Positions 26,549 to 39,562 of a DNA stretch of 64,000 nt are shown in pieces; positions within the stretch are counted from its first letter, which is position 1, and every line of letters begins with the position of its first letter. The notes beneath the pieces are model-generated. The model made no database searches. It was not told the origin of the DNA and saw only the letters and a list, made by a program, of their open reading frames with translations. Source of the DNA: Nymphon striatum. Its lineage: Eukaryota. Location of the stretch: contig JABFOP010000225.1 in the NCBI GenBank assembly GCA_016618385.1, forward strand, positions 15,735 through 79,734, given 5' to 3'. A program made the translations under genes and the position numbers.

Positions 26549-26812
26549 GAGAGAATACCGACTGCGGTGGCTGGGGCATGTGTAAAGGATGGATGTATGT
26601 AACCCAGTGAAGGATGCATGGATCAGGGACGTGAGTGGTCAAAGACCGAGAGGAAGGCCGCGTTTGAGATGGAGGGATGTAGTTACAGAGGACATGGATG
26701 AGAGAGGGTTGTGTATTAATGATGCATACGATTAAGTCCTTTAGCGTGCAGGCGTAAGATCCCCTGACCCCATTCCGGTGGGATAAAGGGTGGATGTTGT
26801 TGTTGTTCTAGA
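26549..26812 (+). mobile_element. 5'-truncated RTE/CR1-type LINE 3' end (…RLRWLGHV…GRPRLRWRD…) with a (GTT)n tail and a perfect 16-bp TSD GTTCTAGAAGAAAGAT
   Basis: TSD at 26533-26548 and 26809-26824. The translated frame has the RLRWxGHV motif typical of RTE-clade ORF 3' ends. Confidence 0.75.
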
Positions 26813-27164
26813 AGAAAGATGGCTAAATTTTCAAAAATTAATTTAATTTCCCCCAACATGATATTTCTTGACTTGAATACATATGGCACTCATTCAGCTA
26901 CTTGGCAGAGAGCATTTAAAGATTAAAGATTGGGAAAATAGATCACCAGAATCGGTGAATACTGACTGTTTAATAAAGTTCTAAAAGTAATGAGTAACAC
27001 ATAACTTCAATCAAAATCTGCAGTCTTTTATACATTGCACAGCAACGCTTAGCTAAACACATTTTGGACATGTGAAAATATGCTACACATAGAAGTCACT
27101 GCTGACTCATTACAGTAAATGCTTCAAACACATAAAAATTATATGGTGATAATTTACATAGATA

Positions 27165-27690
27165 TGAGAGACCCTAGGTTGGCAAGCTTTTGGTCGCCTG
27201 AACAATGTTTGGCGCTGCAAGCTACCTCTCTGCTTGAAGCGGAAGGTATACAACCAATGTTTCCTGCCTGTACTAACGTATGGGTCAGAGACCTGGGCAA
27301 TTACAGATACCCTGTTGAAAAAATTGCCGAGTGCCCAACACAGTATGGAAAGAAAGATCCTAGGTGTGAGCTGGAGAGATAGAAAGACTAATAGTTGGGT
27401 GAGGATACACACAGGGTGTAAAGATTTGAACCAGACAGTGAAGAGTAGCAAGTGGTACTGGGCCGGACACTTGATCCGTAGAACAGGTGATAGATGGACC
27501 ATTAAATCCACAATTTGGATACCAGGTAGGGGAGGAAGAAAACGGGGAAAACCGAAGAGAAGGTGGGTGGATGATATAGCTAAGTTTGACAGGGATTGGG
27601 TGGAGAGAGCTGCCGATAGAGAGGACTGGAGAGCTAGACGGGAGGCCTTTGCTCAGCAGTGGGCCAGTATGGGCTGATGATGATGATGAA
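27165..27690 (+). mobile_element. 5'-truncated RTE-clade LINE copy (RT C-terminus …KVYNQCFLPVLTYGSETW…WAGHLIRR…GRKRGKPKRRWVDD…) ending in (TGA)n
   Basis: ORF 27234..27677. About 90 percent identical to 35515-36040. Confidence 0.8.
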
Positions 27691-27869
27691 AGACATTTTA
27701 AAGCTAATAAAAAATAAATATATAAACTAATGTTTATAGTGCATTGAAAGTTTGAACTAGAAAGGGATTTTAAATCACTTTATATGTTAATCTCTAAATT
27801 GAAAAAAAAAAAAATAAAAATTGAAAATAAATCACAAAATAGATTCCAAAGAATGAATAATATTAGGAC

Positions 27870-27968
27870 TTACCTTTTTAACATTACAATCATACAATTG
27901 AATTAAACCGTCAAAACAACCAATTAAAATGAGTTCAGAATGAGGAATAGCTAGAATACAAGTTGGAA
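27870..27968 (-). CDS. WD40 exon (IPTCILAIPHSELILIGCFDGLIQLYDCNVKK)
   Basis: Acceptor ttttag, donor gtaagt. Confidence 0.5.
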
Positions 27969-28496
27969 TCTAAAATTTGTTTTGAGAAAACAAAAATATA
28001 TATTAATCTCCAAATTAAGAAGAACTTTCATTAGAAATATAAATATATAAAAAATTCAAGAATAATAAATAATACAGTACAATCTCTTTAATCTATAACT
28101 CTTGTGACCAGACATGTGCCGGATTTGGAAATATTCTGGATATATGAGGCTTTTCACCTAAGGCTTTGTAGAGCATTAGAATGATGAAATGAAAAAATAA
28201 TAAAGAAATAAACTGCCAATCATATAGTCTGTCATACTATGCACATTCAGAAGTGAATTTTGAAAACCTTTGGTGAATGAGAACTACAAATAAATCAATA
28301 GTACTCTGTAGTGCGGTTGTTTCTGTTTTTTATGGTAGGTCATTAAAGTCGCTTTAATAGACAGAAGATTGCAACTTGAAAGGTGAATATTTTTAATGGA
28401 AATATATAACACAAAAAGTACGAACAATGTGAGTTTCTAAATTTGAAGGTCTCAGATTAGAGAGATTTTATTGTAATAAGAAATCCTAAGATATAC

Positions 28497-28987
28497 CATA
28501 TCATTGTCGCTAAAAGTAAATAGGCAATCTTCATTAATCCTTTTATTGTATCTCCATTCCAAGATATGACTCCTTAAAGCATCATTGCCTTGAATCACAT
28601 TCTGTGCTCTAATATGAACTTCAGTGTGGTTTGGTTCATTTAAAGCCAATTGTAATAACAAAGCAGGATTGGAGAGCAGACGGTGTAGATTCCTTTCCAG
28701 GAAAGACTTAAACTGTAAAATGCATTTATTTGATGAAAATATTTGCTGCTGTTTTTTATATACAGATTTTGAACCCTGAGTAGAATTCCAAGTAAAATCA
28801 GAGAGAATGTCATTGCCAAGACCCAGATCCAGCTTTGCTTGAAGAAAATTTATCTGGGTAATCAGCTTCAATAATTCTTCAAGACAATTGCTGTTTGCAA
28901 GATGATATGGCAAAGAAGATAATGCACGAGCATGTTTCTCGTTCATAGTAGAATCCAGTGTTCTTTTCACTTGAGTCATATATAACC
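28497..28987 (-). CDS. Large exon (LYMTQVKRTLDSTMNEKHARALSSLPYHLANSNCLEELLKLITQINFLQAKLDLGLGNDILSDFTWNSTQGSKSVYKKQQQIFSSNKCILQFKSFLERNLHRLLSNPALLLQLALNEPNHTEVHIRAQNVIQGNDALRSHILEWRYNKRINEDCLFTFSDNDM)
   Basis: ORF 28452..28979. Acceptor cttag, donor gtatat. Phase consistent with the upstream exon. Confidence 0.6.
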
Positions 28988-29083
28988 CTAAGAATAAAAA
29001 GAATTAAAAGTTAAAAAAGAACCAAAATTGTCAGATTTAAAGTAAAATTATAGTACACAGATAATTTGAAAAATTAATCTTAC

Positions 29084-29190
29084 CAGCAAAAAGAGTGTGT
29101 AGATAAATAATTTCATCTGATGATGATTTCTGAACATAGCGTGAATTTACAGCCTCAACGATGCCATTATGTGCAAATTTCAGAATGGTA
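29084..29190 (-). CDS. Exon (TILKFAHNGIVEAVNSRYVQKSSSDEIIYLHTLFA)
   Basis: Acceptor ttttttttggcag, donor gtaaga. 107 nt. Confidence 0.55.
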
Positions 29191-29818
29191 CTGCCAAAAA
29201 AAATTCAAGATAACTATCAACTGATTCATGTATTTCTCTCAATTATAGTTATGATTGACATAGTGATCAAGTAAAACTCTTCATAATATTATGTTACAAT
29301 ACATGAATCCATTTATTGCGAAAACAAAAACAAATATTTATGCAAAAGTTGGGTACAGCCTTGAAGTTAATTTGATATATTGTCTATAACTTTTTAAAAC
29401 ATAACTCAAGATGAAGAAAGTATATACTGGTCACTTTGGGATGTCACATGTTATGTGATTCGGTGAGGTATATGTATTTCAATATAGCTGGGCTAATGGG
29501 ACTGAAGGAAATACTTCATTTTGACTAAAAGTTGGATTAAATATTAAATTTTTATAATTCAACAATTTGTGATTATCTCCATCCAATGGGCATGATGATT
29601 TTTATTGAAAACAATGAATATGTAAAAATACTGGTGTAAAATATTATGGAATTCATCTGTACATAATTGTAATGTAGTTATTGCTATGATTCTTTGAATA
29701 TCATGATTGTAACTCTAATGAAAGTCTTAAGAAATGATTTTGTAACAACATTCTTATAACCATATATACACATCCCACATAAAAAAAAAAATAGAAGATA
29801 AAAGTCAATTTGTATTTC

Positions 29819-32800
29819 ATTCAGTTTTAGTAGAGAGGCAGAATTGAAAAAGTGGCTTAGTTAAGGATTTAAAAATCATTTTGAGGTAGAGCATGGCATC
29901 CACCCTAGATGGGTTGGCTATGGGATGGGGCATATGCCCAGGTAGGATGACACCTAATATTTTTCCAAAATTTTGGTTTTTTAACCCTTTTCAGTCAAAA
30001 TGCCGGTTTCTCAAAAGTCAATATTTTTAGGGGTAGGGAAAGAAGAATTGGTCATAACAAGTTCAATTTTTATCTTAGAATGGCAATCTGCCATTCAAAT
30101 TCTAGCATTTGATGTCCTCTACAAACTCAAATATGAAATTAAAAAAAATAAAATTATTATAAAGGTATACAGGGTCAAATATCTAGGACTGGCCCTCTAC
30201 CCCCCAAAATACGACCCTTTGTCAAATGAGCCCTATGACTCAATTGTTCTGGTGTAGATGTAGGATTGTTGGGGTATTTTTCGGTAAGGGGACATATTCA
30301 GTCAGTTTTTGAAAAAGGTTTGAACTTGATAGGGCAACTAGACAGGGAGTACTGGGGGTACCAATTTGGACCCTTTTTCGATATTTGGCAAAACTTGGGT
30401 TTTTCACAACGCAACAGTCATGAAGGTAAAAAACTTAGGCCAAGAGCAATAGCTTTAACCTGGACATCGCTCATAACAAGCTGAATTTTTCAGGATAGGT
30501 CCAGGAATATGTGTAGAGTAACATACTAAATGTCTCCATAAATCCCCCTGGAGCTATCACCAAAAATCAAGATGGCGTCCAAAATATCCACCAAGCCTCC
30601 AATTTTGTCATAACTTTGCAACCAGAGAAGCTAAAGTAACAAATAAAGTGTCCAAACACATGTTTTAAGACACAAAGAATCTAATAAAATCATTATTTAG
30701 AGGTTTAAAACGTCCAAAATGGCCGCCAAGTTCCAATTTTGACATAACTTTGCAACCAGAGAAGCTAAAATTACAAATAAAGAGTCCAAACATATGTTTT
30801 AAGGCACAGGGAATCTAATAAAAACCTTATTTAGAGGTTTAAAAGGTTCAAAATGGCCGCCTAGTTCCAACTTTGTCATAACTTTACAACCAGAGAAGCT
30901 AAAGTTACAAATAAAGAGTCCAAACATATGTTTTAAGTCACACGGAATCTAATAAAAACATTATTTAGAGGATTAAAACGTCCAAAATGGCCGCCAAGTT
31001 TCAATTTTGTCATAACTTTGCAACCAGAGAAGCTAAAATTACAAATAAATAGTCCAAACATATGTTTTAAAGCACAAGAAATCTAATAAGCACATTATTT
31101 AAAGGTTAAAAACGTCCAAAATGGCCACCATTTTTATTATTTATTTTTTTATACTTTGTAATCAAACAAGTTATAAATACAAATGAAGTGACTAAACACA
31201 TCTTTTAAGGCAAAGAGAACATATGGTGCAAATATTATCTGTTACGTCAGTATTCATCTTCATTATCTGCTGCAGAATCTTCAACGCTAATGACCACTGA
31301 TGATGGTACAATGTCTTCATCATCGACATCTAATAATTACGGTGTTGTGTTGTTGCAAGTTTGACCACTGCGTTTACTGCACATTGAAGTGCAAAAGAGT
31401 CCAAGTTTATTGCAACTACATGTTATGTTGCTACAACCGTCAGGTTTTCAACTACACGGCACCATGTTGAGCAAAGATTCGGGTGCAACAGGCCTGTCTG
31501 TTTCGACTGGTGCAAGAGTTCCATCATGTGATCGCCATCCCCATTCTATTGGAGGCAAAGTATTACCCATCCATTCTTGAACAGTGTGATAAGTGCGGTA
31601 TGAATGTTTCTTTGCTGCAGCACTAGTTGGAGGAAGACTTGCTAGCTGAAATGATGAACTCGGGGAACAGCGCCCGATTGCCTTTTTGTATGCGATGTGG
31701 CGGTATTTATCAAGTGATTCAAAGTTGCTGGCCCCATAGAGTTTAAGAACAAAGGTTTCCCCGGCTCTTTTCACCTTGTCATGGGTGCTTCCATTTATAC
31801 CAGTCAAATTAGGGCTGGACCTAGAACAAATTGCAATAGAAGGTTTTTTTGGCTTTAACTTGTTCATTAGGTCTCTCTGATGAACATATAAAAAGTCTCC
31901 AATCTAATTTGTCATTCGATTAAAAAGTCGATTGTGAGTCGCCTATTGATCGTAATTGAATTTAGATTGTAGGCAGATTATAGAGCTTGAAGTAAGGAAG
32001 ACAACAATTCTCTAAGACAAGATGGACGTCACAGTCACGTGACTTTCATAGCAACCGCTTGTCTAGGGGCAAAAGAACTTGGTCGCTATGGCTTTGGCCG
32101 TGCTGTAAGTATGGTGATAGAGAACTTTTCCAATTCACTGCTTGTTTTAAATTATTTTAACGAACCGGGTGATTTAAATCAGCCTGAAATCAATTCTGGA
32201 GTATAAACAGGATTTGGATAAGCATTAAAAAGCATGGACTTACAATTCGGTTCTGTTTGATTTGATTAAATCATGTAGTCTGTACAGTGATAGTGTACAT
32301 AAATATCTCGACTCGGACAACCAACAAGCCTTTCGGCATGATTTAAACAAATCAAACATAGTCAAATTGTAAGTCCAGGCTTTTTAATACCTACCCATAT
32401 TCTGTTTATACTCCATAATTGATTCTATGCTGGTTAAAATCATCCAGTAAATCAAAAAAGCATTGGAAAACTTCACAATCACAAGTGCGTCCACAGTTAA
32501 CACGGTCAAGGCCATAGCGACCAAGTTCTTTTGCCCCTAGACAAACGGTTGCTATGCAAGTCACGTGATGAAAGCCCGGATGTTGTCTTACAGAATGTGT
32601 GTCTTGAAATCAAATTCCAAAATTTGGGCAAGTTATAGCCATTCTTATATCATGTACTAAATATAATATTTTCGTTTGAATCTAATTTGTCATTCGATTA
32701 AAAAGTCGATTGTGAGTCGCCTATTGATCGTAATCGAATTTGCATTGTGGGCAAATTATAGAGATTGAAGTAAGGAAGACAACTATGTGCGTCTTGAATC

Positions 32801-34512
32801 GATATTCTAAAATTTTCCAAAAAACCTTCTATTGTAATTTGTTCTAGGCCCAGTTAAATGATTGCTAGATTTACTGGACTATATATATGGAAATCGACTT
32901 GTCGAAACACAATAGGCGCGGTTTCATTGGGTGTCTTTAAATCTGAATAAGTTGCCGATTGTGTTCTAATTGACTCTGTAATTAGAAGCGGGAATGTATT
33001 TCTGGTAAAGTGATTTTATTTCTCACATGTCGCCAATGTTCTACAATTTGTTACGTCATTGTTAATTGTTATTGTTATACATTTTTTTAATGAGGTTTTG
33101 GATACTTATGATTTTTGAAACCTCTAGATAATGATTTTATTAGATTACTTGTGCCTTACAACATATGTTTGAACACTTTGTTTGTAATTTTAGCTTCTCC
33201 GGTTGCAAAGTTATGACAAAATTTGAACTTGGCGGTCATTTTGGACGTTTAAAACTTATAAATGATGATTTTATTAGATTCCCTGTGCCTTAAAATATAT
33301 GTTTAGACACTTTATTTGTAATTTTAGCTTCTCCGGTTGCAAAGTTATGACGAAATTGGAACTTGGCGGCCATTTTAGACGATTTAAACCTCTAAATAAT
33401 GATTTTATTAGATTCCTTGTGCCTTAAAACATATGTTTATACACTTTATTTGTAATATTAGCTCCACCGGTTGCAAAGTTATGACAAAATTGGAACTTGG
33501 CGGCCATTTTGGACGATTTAAACCTCTAAATAATGATTTTATTAGATTCCTTGTGCCTTAAAACATATGTTTAGACACTTTATTTGTAATTTTAGCTCCT
33601 CCGGTTGCAAAGTTATGACAAAATTGGAACTTGGCGGCCATTTTGGACGTTTTAAACCTCTAAATAATGATTTTATTAGATTCCTTGTGCCTTAAAACAT
33701 ATGTTTAGACACTTTATTTGTAATTTTAGCTTATCTGGTTGCAAAGTTATGACAAAATTGGAGGCTTGGTGGATATTTTGGACGCCATCTTGATTTTTGG
33801 TGATAGCTCCAGGGGATTTATGGAGACATTTAGTATGTTGCTCTACACATATTCCTGGACCTATCCTGAAAAATTCAGCTTGTTATGAGCGATGTCCAGG
33901 TTAAAGCTAATGCTCTTGGCCTAAGTGCTTTACCTTTATAACTGTTGCGTTGTGAAAAACCCAATTTTTGCCAAATGTCGAAAAAGGGTCCAAATTGGTA
34001 CCCCCAGTACTCCCTCTCTATTTGCCCTATCAAGTCCAAAACTTTTTCAAAAACTGACTGAATATGTCCCCTTACTGAAAAATACCCATAAAACCCTACA
34101 TCTATACCAGAACAATTGAGTCATAGGGTTCATTTCACAAAGGGTCGTATTTTGGGGGTAGAGGGTCAGTCCTAGATTTTTGACCCTGTATACCCCTACA
34201 ATAATTTTTTTTTTTAATATTTCATATTTGAATATGGAGAGGACATATAATTCTATCATTTGAATGGTATATTGCCATTCTAAGATAAAAATTGAATTTA
34301 TTATGAGCAATTCTTCTTTCCCTACCCCTAAAAATATTGAATTTTGTGAAACCGGCATTTTGATAGAAAAGGGTTAAAAAACCAAAATTTCGGGAAAAAT
34401 ATTAGGTGTCATCCTACCTGGGCATATGCCCCATCCCATAGCCAACCCATCTAGGGTGGATGCCATGCTCTACCTTCCAATGATTTTCAAATCCTGATTT
34501 ATCGATTCTGCC
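29819..34512 (+). mobile_element. Copy 2 of the same long-TIR element; carries a nested MITE at 32010-32595
   Basis: 29825-30540 is the reverse complement of 33830-34510. 120-bp arrays at 30545-31150 and 33110-33780. Internal ORF 31448..31867 is homologous to 7733..8332. Confidence 0.8.
32010..32595. mobile_element. Nested hairpin-forming MITE (about 585 bp, ~75-bp TIRs plus an internal palindrome) inserted into the 180-bp array of element copy 2
   Basis: Absent from the otherwise colinear copy 1: ggaagacaacaat|gtgtgtcttg is contiguous at 8470. Terminal inverted repeats acaagatggacgtcacagtcacgtgactttcatagcaacc... / ...ggttgctatgcaagtcacgtgatgaaagcccggatgttgtcttac. Confidence 0.75.
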
Positions 34513-35284
34513 TCTCTACTAGTTTGTGATTGTCAAGTGATAAGAGTAAAATTATGTTGCATAAATATCATCATCCTGCAACTTTACATAATATAAAATT
34601 ATTTATAATCATACATATATGACTACGCATCCAATTTCTACATGTACACATACGTACACATATAATAAATTCACGTAGACAAACGCACACACACTACAAA
34701 TCAGACATATATATATATTTATAAAGGGAAAGAATATGGAATGCCTACCCTTAAATTATATAATATTAGACTAGTAATTATTACATAAAAGTAGAATATT
34801 TTATTCGAAGAATTAATTCCTGAATATAAAGACCGTTCCAATTACAAATTTGAAATTACAACTGAATGTTTTTTCTGTCGGTTGACCTAATAGTCACACT
34901 TTTAAATTAATTTAAAGTTAATAATTATAATCAAATTTATATATAATTTAAATCAAATACAATTATTTTTAAAGATATTTAATACAGGAAACCCATCACT
35001 TATAATATAAATTATTAGACTTAGAAATTTTTCATACACAAATTTCAAATTCAAAATTGAAAAAAAATTCAAATTTCAACAGCCAAAATAGTCTATCAGA
35101 CGACCTGATACAATTATGGTTAATAAATAGGTGAATTCGATCCTAATGTGAAATGAAACTAATTTTAAATATTTATTATGGATATATTAAACTCAAGATA
35201 AATGATTTAGTAATTATAATCGTTTGTTTTGTTAGTAAACAAGTCAGAGATACTTAGCCATCATGTAAGAGATGTGCACTAGTC

Positions 35285-36040
35285 ACTGTCAACAACGGAA
35301 GTAGTCCTGTTCTCGGAGTCCCCTCAGGAGCTTCAACTTATGGTTAAGGAACTAAGGACTACCAGTAATAAAGTAGGTTTAGAGATTAATTTGAGTAAGA
35401 CTAAGGTCATGTTTAACAGAAATGTAGAAATCCAACCCAATGTGGCCTTGGACCAAGTTGATAGATATACTTATTTAGGACAGCTTACACAGAGACTTGG
35501 AACCGTGAGGCGACGTGTTGCCCTAGGTTGGCAAGCTTTTGGTCACCTGAACAATGTTTGGTGCAGCAAGCTACCTCTCTGCTTGAAACGGAAGGTATAC
35601 AACCAATGTGTCCTGCCTGTACTAACGTATGGGTCAGAGACCTGGGCAATTACAGATACTCTGTTGAGAAAATTGGCGAGTGCCCAACACAGTATGGAAA
35701 GAAAGATCCTACGTGTGAGCTGGAGGGATAGAAAGACTAACAGTTGGGTGAGGACACACACAGGGTGTAAAGATTTGACTCAGACAGTGAAGAGTAGCAA
35801 GTGGAACTGGGCCGGACACTTGACCCGTAGAACAGACGATAGGTGGACCACTAAATCCACAATTTGGATAACAGATAGGGGAGGAAGAAAACGGGGAAAA
35901 CCGAAGAGAAGGTGGGTGGATGATATAGCTAAGTGTGACAAGGATTGGGTGGAAAGAGCTGCCGATAGAGAGGACTGGAGATCTAGACGGGAGGCCTTTG
36001 CTCAGCAGTGGGCCAGTACGGGCTGATGATGATGATGATC
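35285..36040 (+). mobile_element. Second, longer 5'-truncated RTE-clade LINE copy ending in (TGA)n
   Basis: ORF 35340..36026 (228 aa) with RT C-terminal motifs. Same family as 27165-27690. Confidence 0.8.
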
Positions 36041-36267
36041 ATATCATCAAATAAAAATATAGAATAAGTTATTCCTCAACTGCTGCCATAATTGATTATC
36101 TCTTTAGTGAATAGTTTATTTGTCTGATGAATAAGCTATTATGAAAGGTACCCTACGGGGTCTTAAATAATTTTGTGATTGCAGACATATATTACAATTA
36201 GTATCTCTAGTATTTTCAAGCAATGTGATGTCACTAATTTGTATTGTATCAAGTTTTCTTTAACCCT

Positions 36268-36582
36268 TTTCGCTGCTGGACTGCACAATATGCTCATTTA
36301 TATTCCTTGCTGGCTATATTCCTTACTGGCAATGTAATTATTACTAATTGTAGTGAGAAACTTTAATGTCAAAATACATCATGAATTCTTGGAAATAGAA
36401 CAGTTGTGAATGTGTAAAAGTTTTTGGGTATATCAACAAGTTCCAGAATATGTTATTTTAAAATATGCAAATTTATGCAAACTTATGCAAATTAGCTAGT
36501 TAGTCAGTCGCCAATCGGCGACATCAGCACATAATGGAAGTTTGTTTATGGTGTCGATTGGCGTACAATAGCAGCGAAAGGG
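36268..36582. mobile_element. piggyBac-like MITE (about 315 bp): 13-bp TIR CCCTTTCGCTGCT flanked by TTAA on both sides
   Basis: ttTTAAccctttcgctgctgg ... ccagcagcgaaagggTTAAac. Confidence 0.65.
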
Positions 36583-36917
36583 TTAAACAAATGGCTATTG
36601 CTATATCAGTAGTTTATTTTTTTCTTTTAACAGATTTTGACTGGAAAACAACTACAACAGAATTAAAGACTCTGATAAAATTTTTGTGGTTCTTTGCACT
36701 GTAATTATTGAAAAAATTGTTGATTCAATCTTATATTTCAAAAATTAAAATAAATGAATAAACAAAATAAAATTAATAAAAATAAGAAGTTTTGCTATTA
36801 ACTATTATTAACAAAACTTTCTTTCATAGCTCTCGTATGATAATTTGAAAGAAAAAGTTTGACTGATTGAAGTGTTCACCAAATTATTCAAAAATCAATG
36901 CAAGTATGTGCACTTAC

Positions 36918-37098
36918 TTTTTTTGATGCAAAGGCATTAAAAATGCTTCAAGCCTTTGAATGAGGTGAATAAATAGAGCAGGAGCAATCTTAATTGATGA
37001 TGTCATTAGTATCTGCTGTACTTTCACAATATCCACTTTATCATTCTTCAAATGTGAATGCAGGTTAAGTAATTGATGAAGTTCATACTTATCCAGTC
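36918..37098 (-). CDS. Exon (LDKYELHQLLNLHSHLKNDKVDIVKVQQILMTSSIKIAPALFIHLIQRLEAFLMPLHQKK)
   Basis: Acceptor aaatag, donor gtaagt. Phase-1 entry. Confidence 0.5.
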
Positions 37099-37369
37099 CT
37101 ATTTAAAAAAAGAAATGAAAAGAAAAATTTATAACATATACAATTGATATTTAAAGTACTTTTCAAAGAGTAGAATTTCATTTTTTGTTGTCAATTTTTT
37201 TGTTTTCTGGCTGCAAGTATAATGGTGTATCCAAGAATTTTTCTGTTATGTACACTCACTGGTTATCAGCATTTGTGGAAATAAACAAAACTGACCTGGA
37301 GTCAATCTATGTATCTAATTTAGAAATTTTAGCATTATCATTACTCAAAAGCTTCAGATGTATAACATT

Positions 37370-37725
37370 TCATGAATTGTCACTTGTAGCGATACAGTAG
37401 CACCGAGCCATCTGGCCGTTGCAAGCTATTCCGCAGGAAAAGTGGCCGAGAATGCAGAGAATGCCAAAATAGCAAAATACTCGGGACTTTCTGGAAGCTA
37501 TGAATTTGTGCCAGTCTGTGTGGAAACTCTAGGACCATGGGGGCCAAACGGGCTGAAGCTCATCCAAGAAATTGGAAATCTAATAAAAATAGAGACCAAT
37601 GAGCCCAGAGCCACTACTTTCCTCAAACAATCAGTCAGCATGGCCATCCAAAGAGGAAACGCTGCGAGTGTTATTGGCACAGTAGTAGCGTGCAGAAATC
37701 TGGATGAGATTTTTTATCTGTAGTG
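37370..37725 (+). mobile_element. 3'-terminal ORF fragment of a retroelement (…KYSGLSGSYEFVPVCVETLGPWGPNGLKLIQEIGNLIKIETNEPRATTFLKQSVSMAIQRGNAASVIGT…) followed by an A/T-rich tail
   Basis: ORF 37442..37723 extended upstream to a stop at 37373. Conserved YxFxPxxxETxGxWG … AIQRGNAAS block, recurrent in retrotransposon ORF C-termini. Low-complexity A/T run at 37725-37800. Confidence 0.4.
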
Positions 37726-38553
37726 AATATAAAAAAAAAATATGTATATATATATATTTTTTTAATTTTTTTTTTCTTCTTCTTTCATTTTTCTTTCTCT
37801 CTAATATATTTTTAAACAAATTATTTGTTAAAAAGTAAAATATTATTGAAAAATCATGTATAATATTCCATCGTATTTAATAAATAAATATTTTTTATAC
37901 TTTTAGTATCAAAAGCAAAATATTTATCTGTACAAATGTTAGATTATTAAATCATTAAATATTAAATCATTTGTAAATGATAATTAATTATCAAATAATA
38001 TATTCAGTTACAGCATTTATTATTTCATTTATTCTATCATATGAAGTTGCAGCAATACTGATTTTAACAGAATTAACGGTCTGAATCATGCCTGCATTCA
38101 AATTATTATACTCTTTTATAGCTATTAGGCTATACCGTCTGGAGCGTATGCTCTTGGTAGGGCTTCCTTGGGTGGGTGGGCTGAGCAGGATAGACAGGGA
38201 GGCAAACTCTGTGATGCAACTTACTTCCAGACAACCTCTTATGAATAAAAGTACTATTCTGGGTTGTTCAGCAGCTTGAAGAAATGGGACAAGAAAGAAA
38301 CAAACAATAGCCATTGGGAATCACAAATGATTAAAAATTTCCGATTCTTATATTTGAAATACTTTGACATAAGATATGTTGGGCAATATTTCTATAAAAA
38401 TAAAAGCTGCACAACTTATTTTATATTTATATTTTATTTAATGATTTTTAGTGTCGGCAGATCCAACAAATATAATAAGCCTGGCCTAGAGAGAGATAAA
38501 GTTAGCAGTGAGTTTGGCAAGTTTGGCTAACTTAAACAGAAGAGAAGAAATAC

Positions 38554-38686
38554 CTTTATGAGAATTCAAAATTAACAGAAGAGAAACTTTAATCATGTCT
38601 TGACCAAATTCACTCTCTAAACTCATCAACATATCTTGTAACAGAAGCTTCAATGTAGTCGAGAGGGATTTGACAATTTTTGACAT
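38554..38686 (-). CDS. Exon (MSKIVKSLSTTLKLLLQDMLMSLESEFGQDMIKVSLLLILNSHK)
   Basis: Acceptor ttttttttcag, donor gtattt. The phase-1 exit matches the next exon. Confidence 0.55.
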
Positions 38687-39166
38687 CTGAAAAAAAAATA
38701 AATTGGAAAAAAGAAAAAAAAATAAAGAATAAAAATAAATATATACATTAAATCAGGCTTTTAATTGCAAATTTTACAAACAGCAATACTATTATTGTTA
38801 AAACTGTGGTTTCAAAGTAGGTAACAGAAAAAGAAAATAAAAAAATCATCTCTACGTCAAATAAATGATGACTAGCAGGTAGCAAAATATTAATTTCCCC
38901 CAGAACCTCTAAGAGGCAAGTAGATTTGGCTTTATATCAGATGTCAGACAAATAGTTGTTAAGTATTGATCATAAATTTTATAATGCAGTGTTTCATCTA
39001 CACTTGCGTCCTGCATCATATAATGCATAAATTATCAAAAGGCACATCAAATGTTTGTATTTATGCTAATAATTTTATCCTATTACAGGGGCGGATCTAG
39101 GGGGGGGGGTGGATTGGGTGGCTAGCCACCCCCCCTTGCAACCCAAACATATTTTGTTCATAGTAT

Positions 39167-39562
39167 TTGATAAAATTCTTACTGACAAATGGGAATCCGA
39201 TCTCCCGTCATTATTCAATGAACTTCTTAGATTTGAGCAACAACCCCAAAAAGGTTTCTTCATCTTCATCAGTTACATATTTGATTCAGCATCATGCAGA
39301 CACTACATTTTTCCCAAATATCAGGGAGTTGCTGAGCATTCTTGCTGTATTGCCAATTGGAAGTTGTGAAGCCGAAAGGTCCTTTTCTTGTGTGCGGCGT
39401 ATTCACTCATGGCTTCGGTCATCTATGTCCACAGATAGATTATCAGACCTTTGTGTGATTGCCATGCATGGTAATATCCCTGTTTCCACTAAGGAAATTG
39501 TCAACCGCTTCATTACATTACATCCACGTCGAATGCAGGGACAAAGTCTTTTCTCGTTGTAG
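39167..39562 (+). mobile_element. hAT transposase C-terminal dimerisation-domain fragment (…LAVLPIGSCEAERSFSCVRRIHSWLRSSMSTDRLSDLCVIAMH…)
   Basis: ORF 39167..39562. Classic hATC motif SxxxERxFSxxxxIxTxxRxxLxxxxLxxL. Confidence 0.7.

Noticed and set aside
39090-39135. G/C homopolymer palindrome (gggggggggtgg…ccaccccccc) as a regulatory element
   Set aside because: Likely part of the degraded hAT copy. No supporting context.
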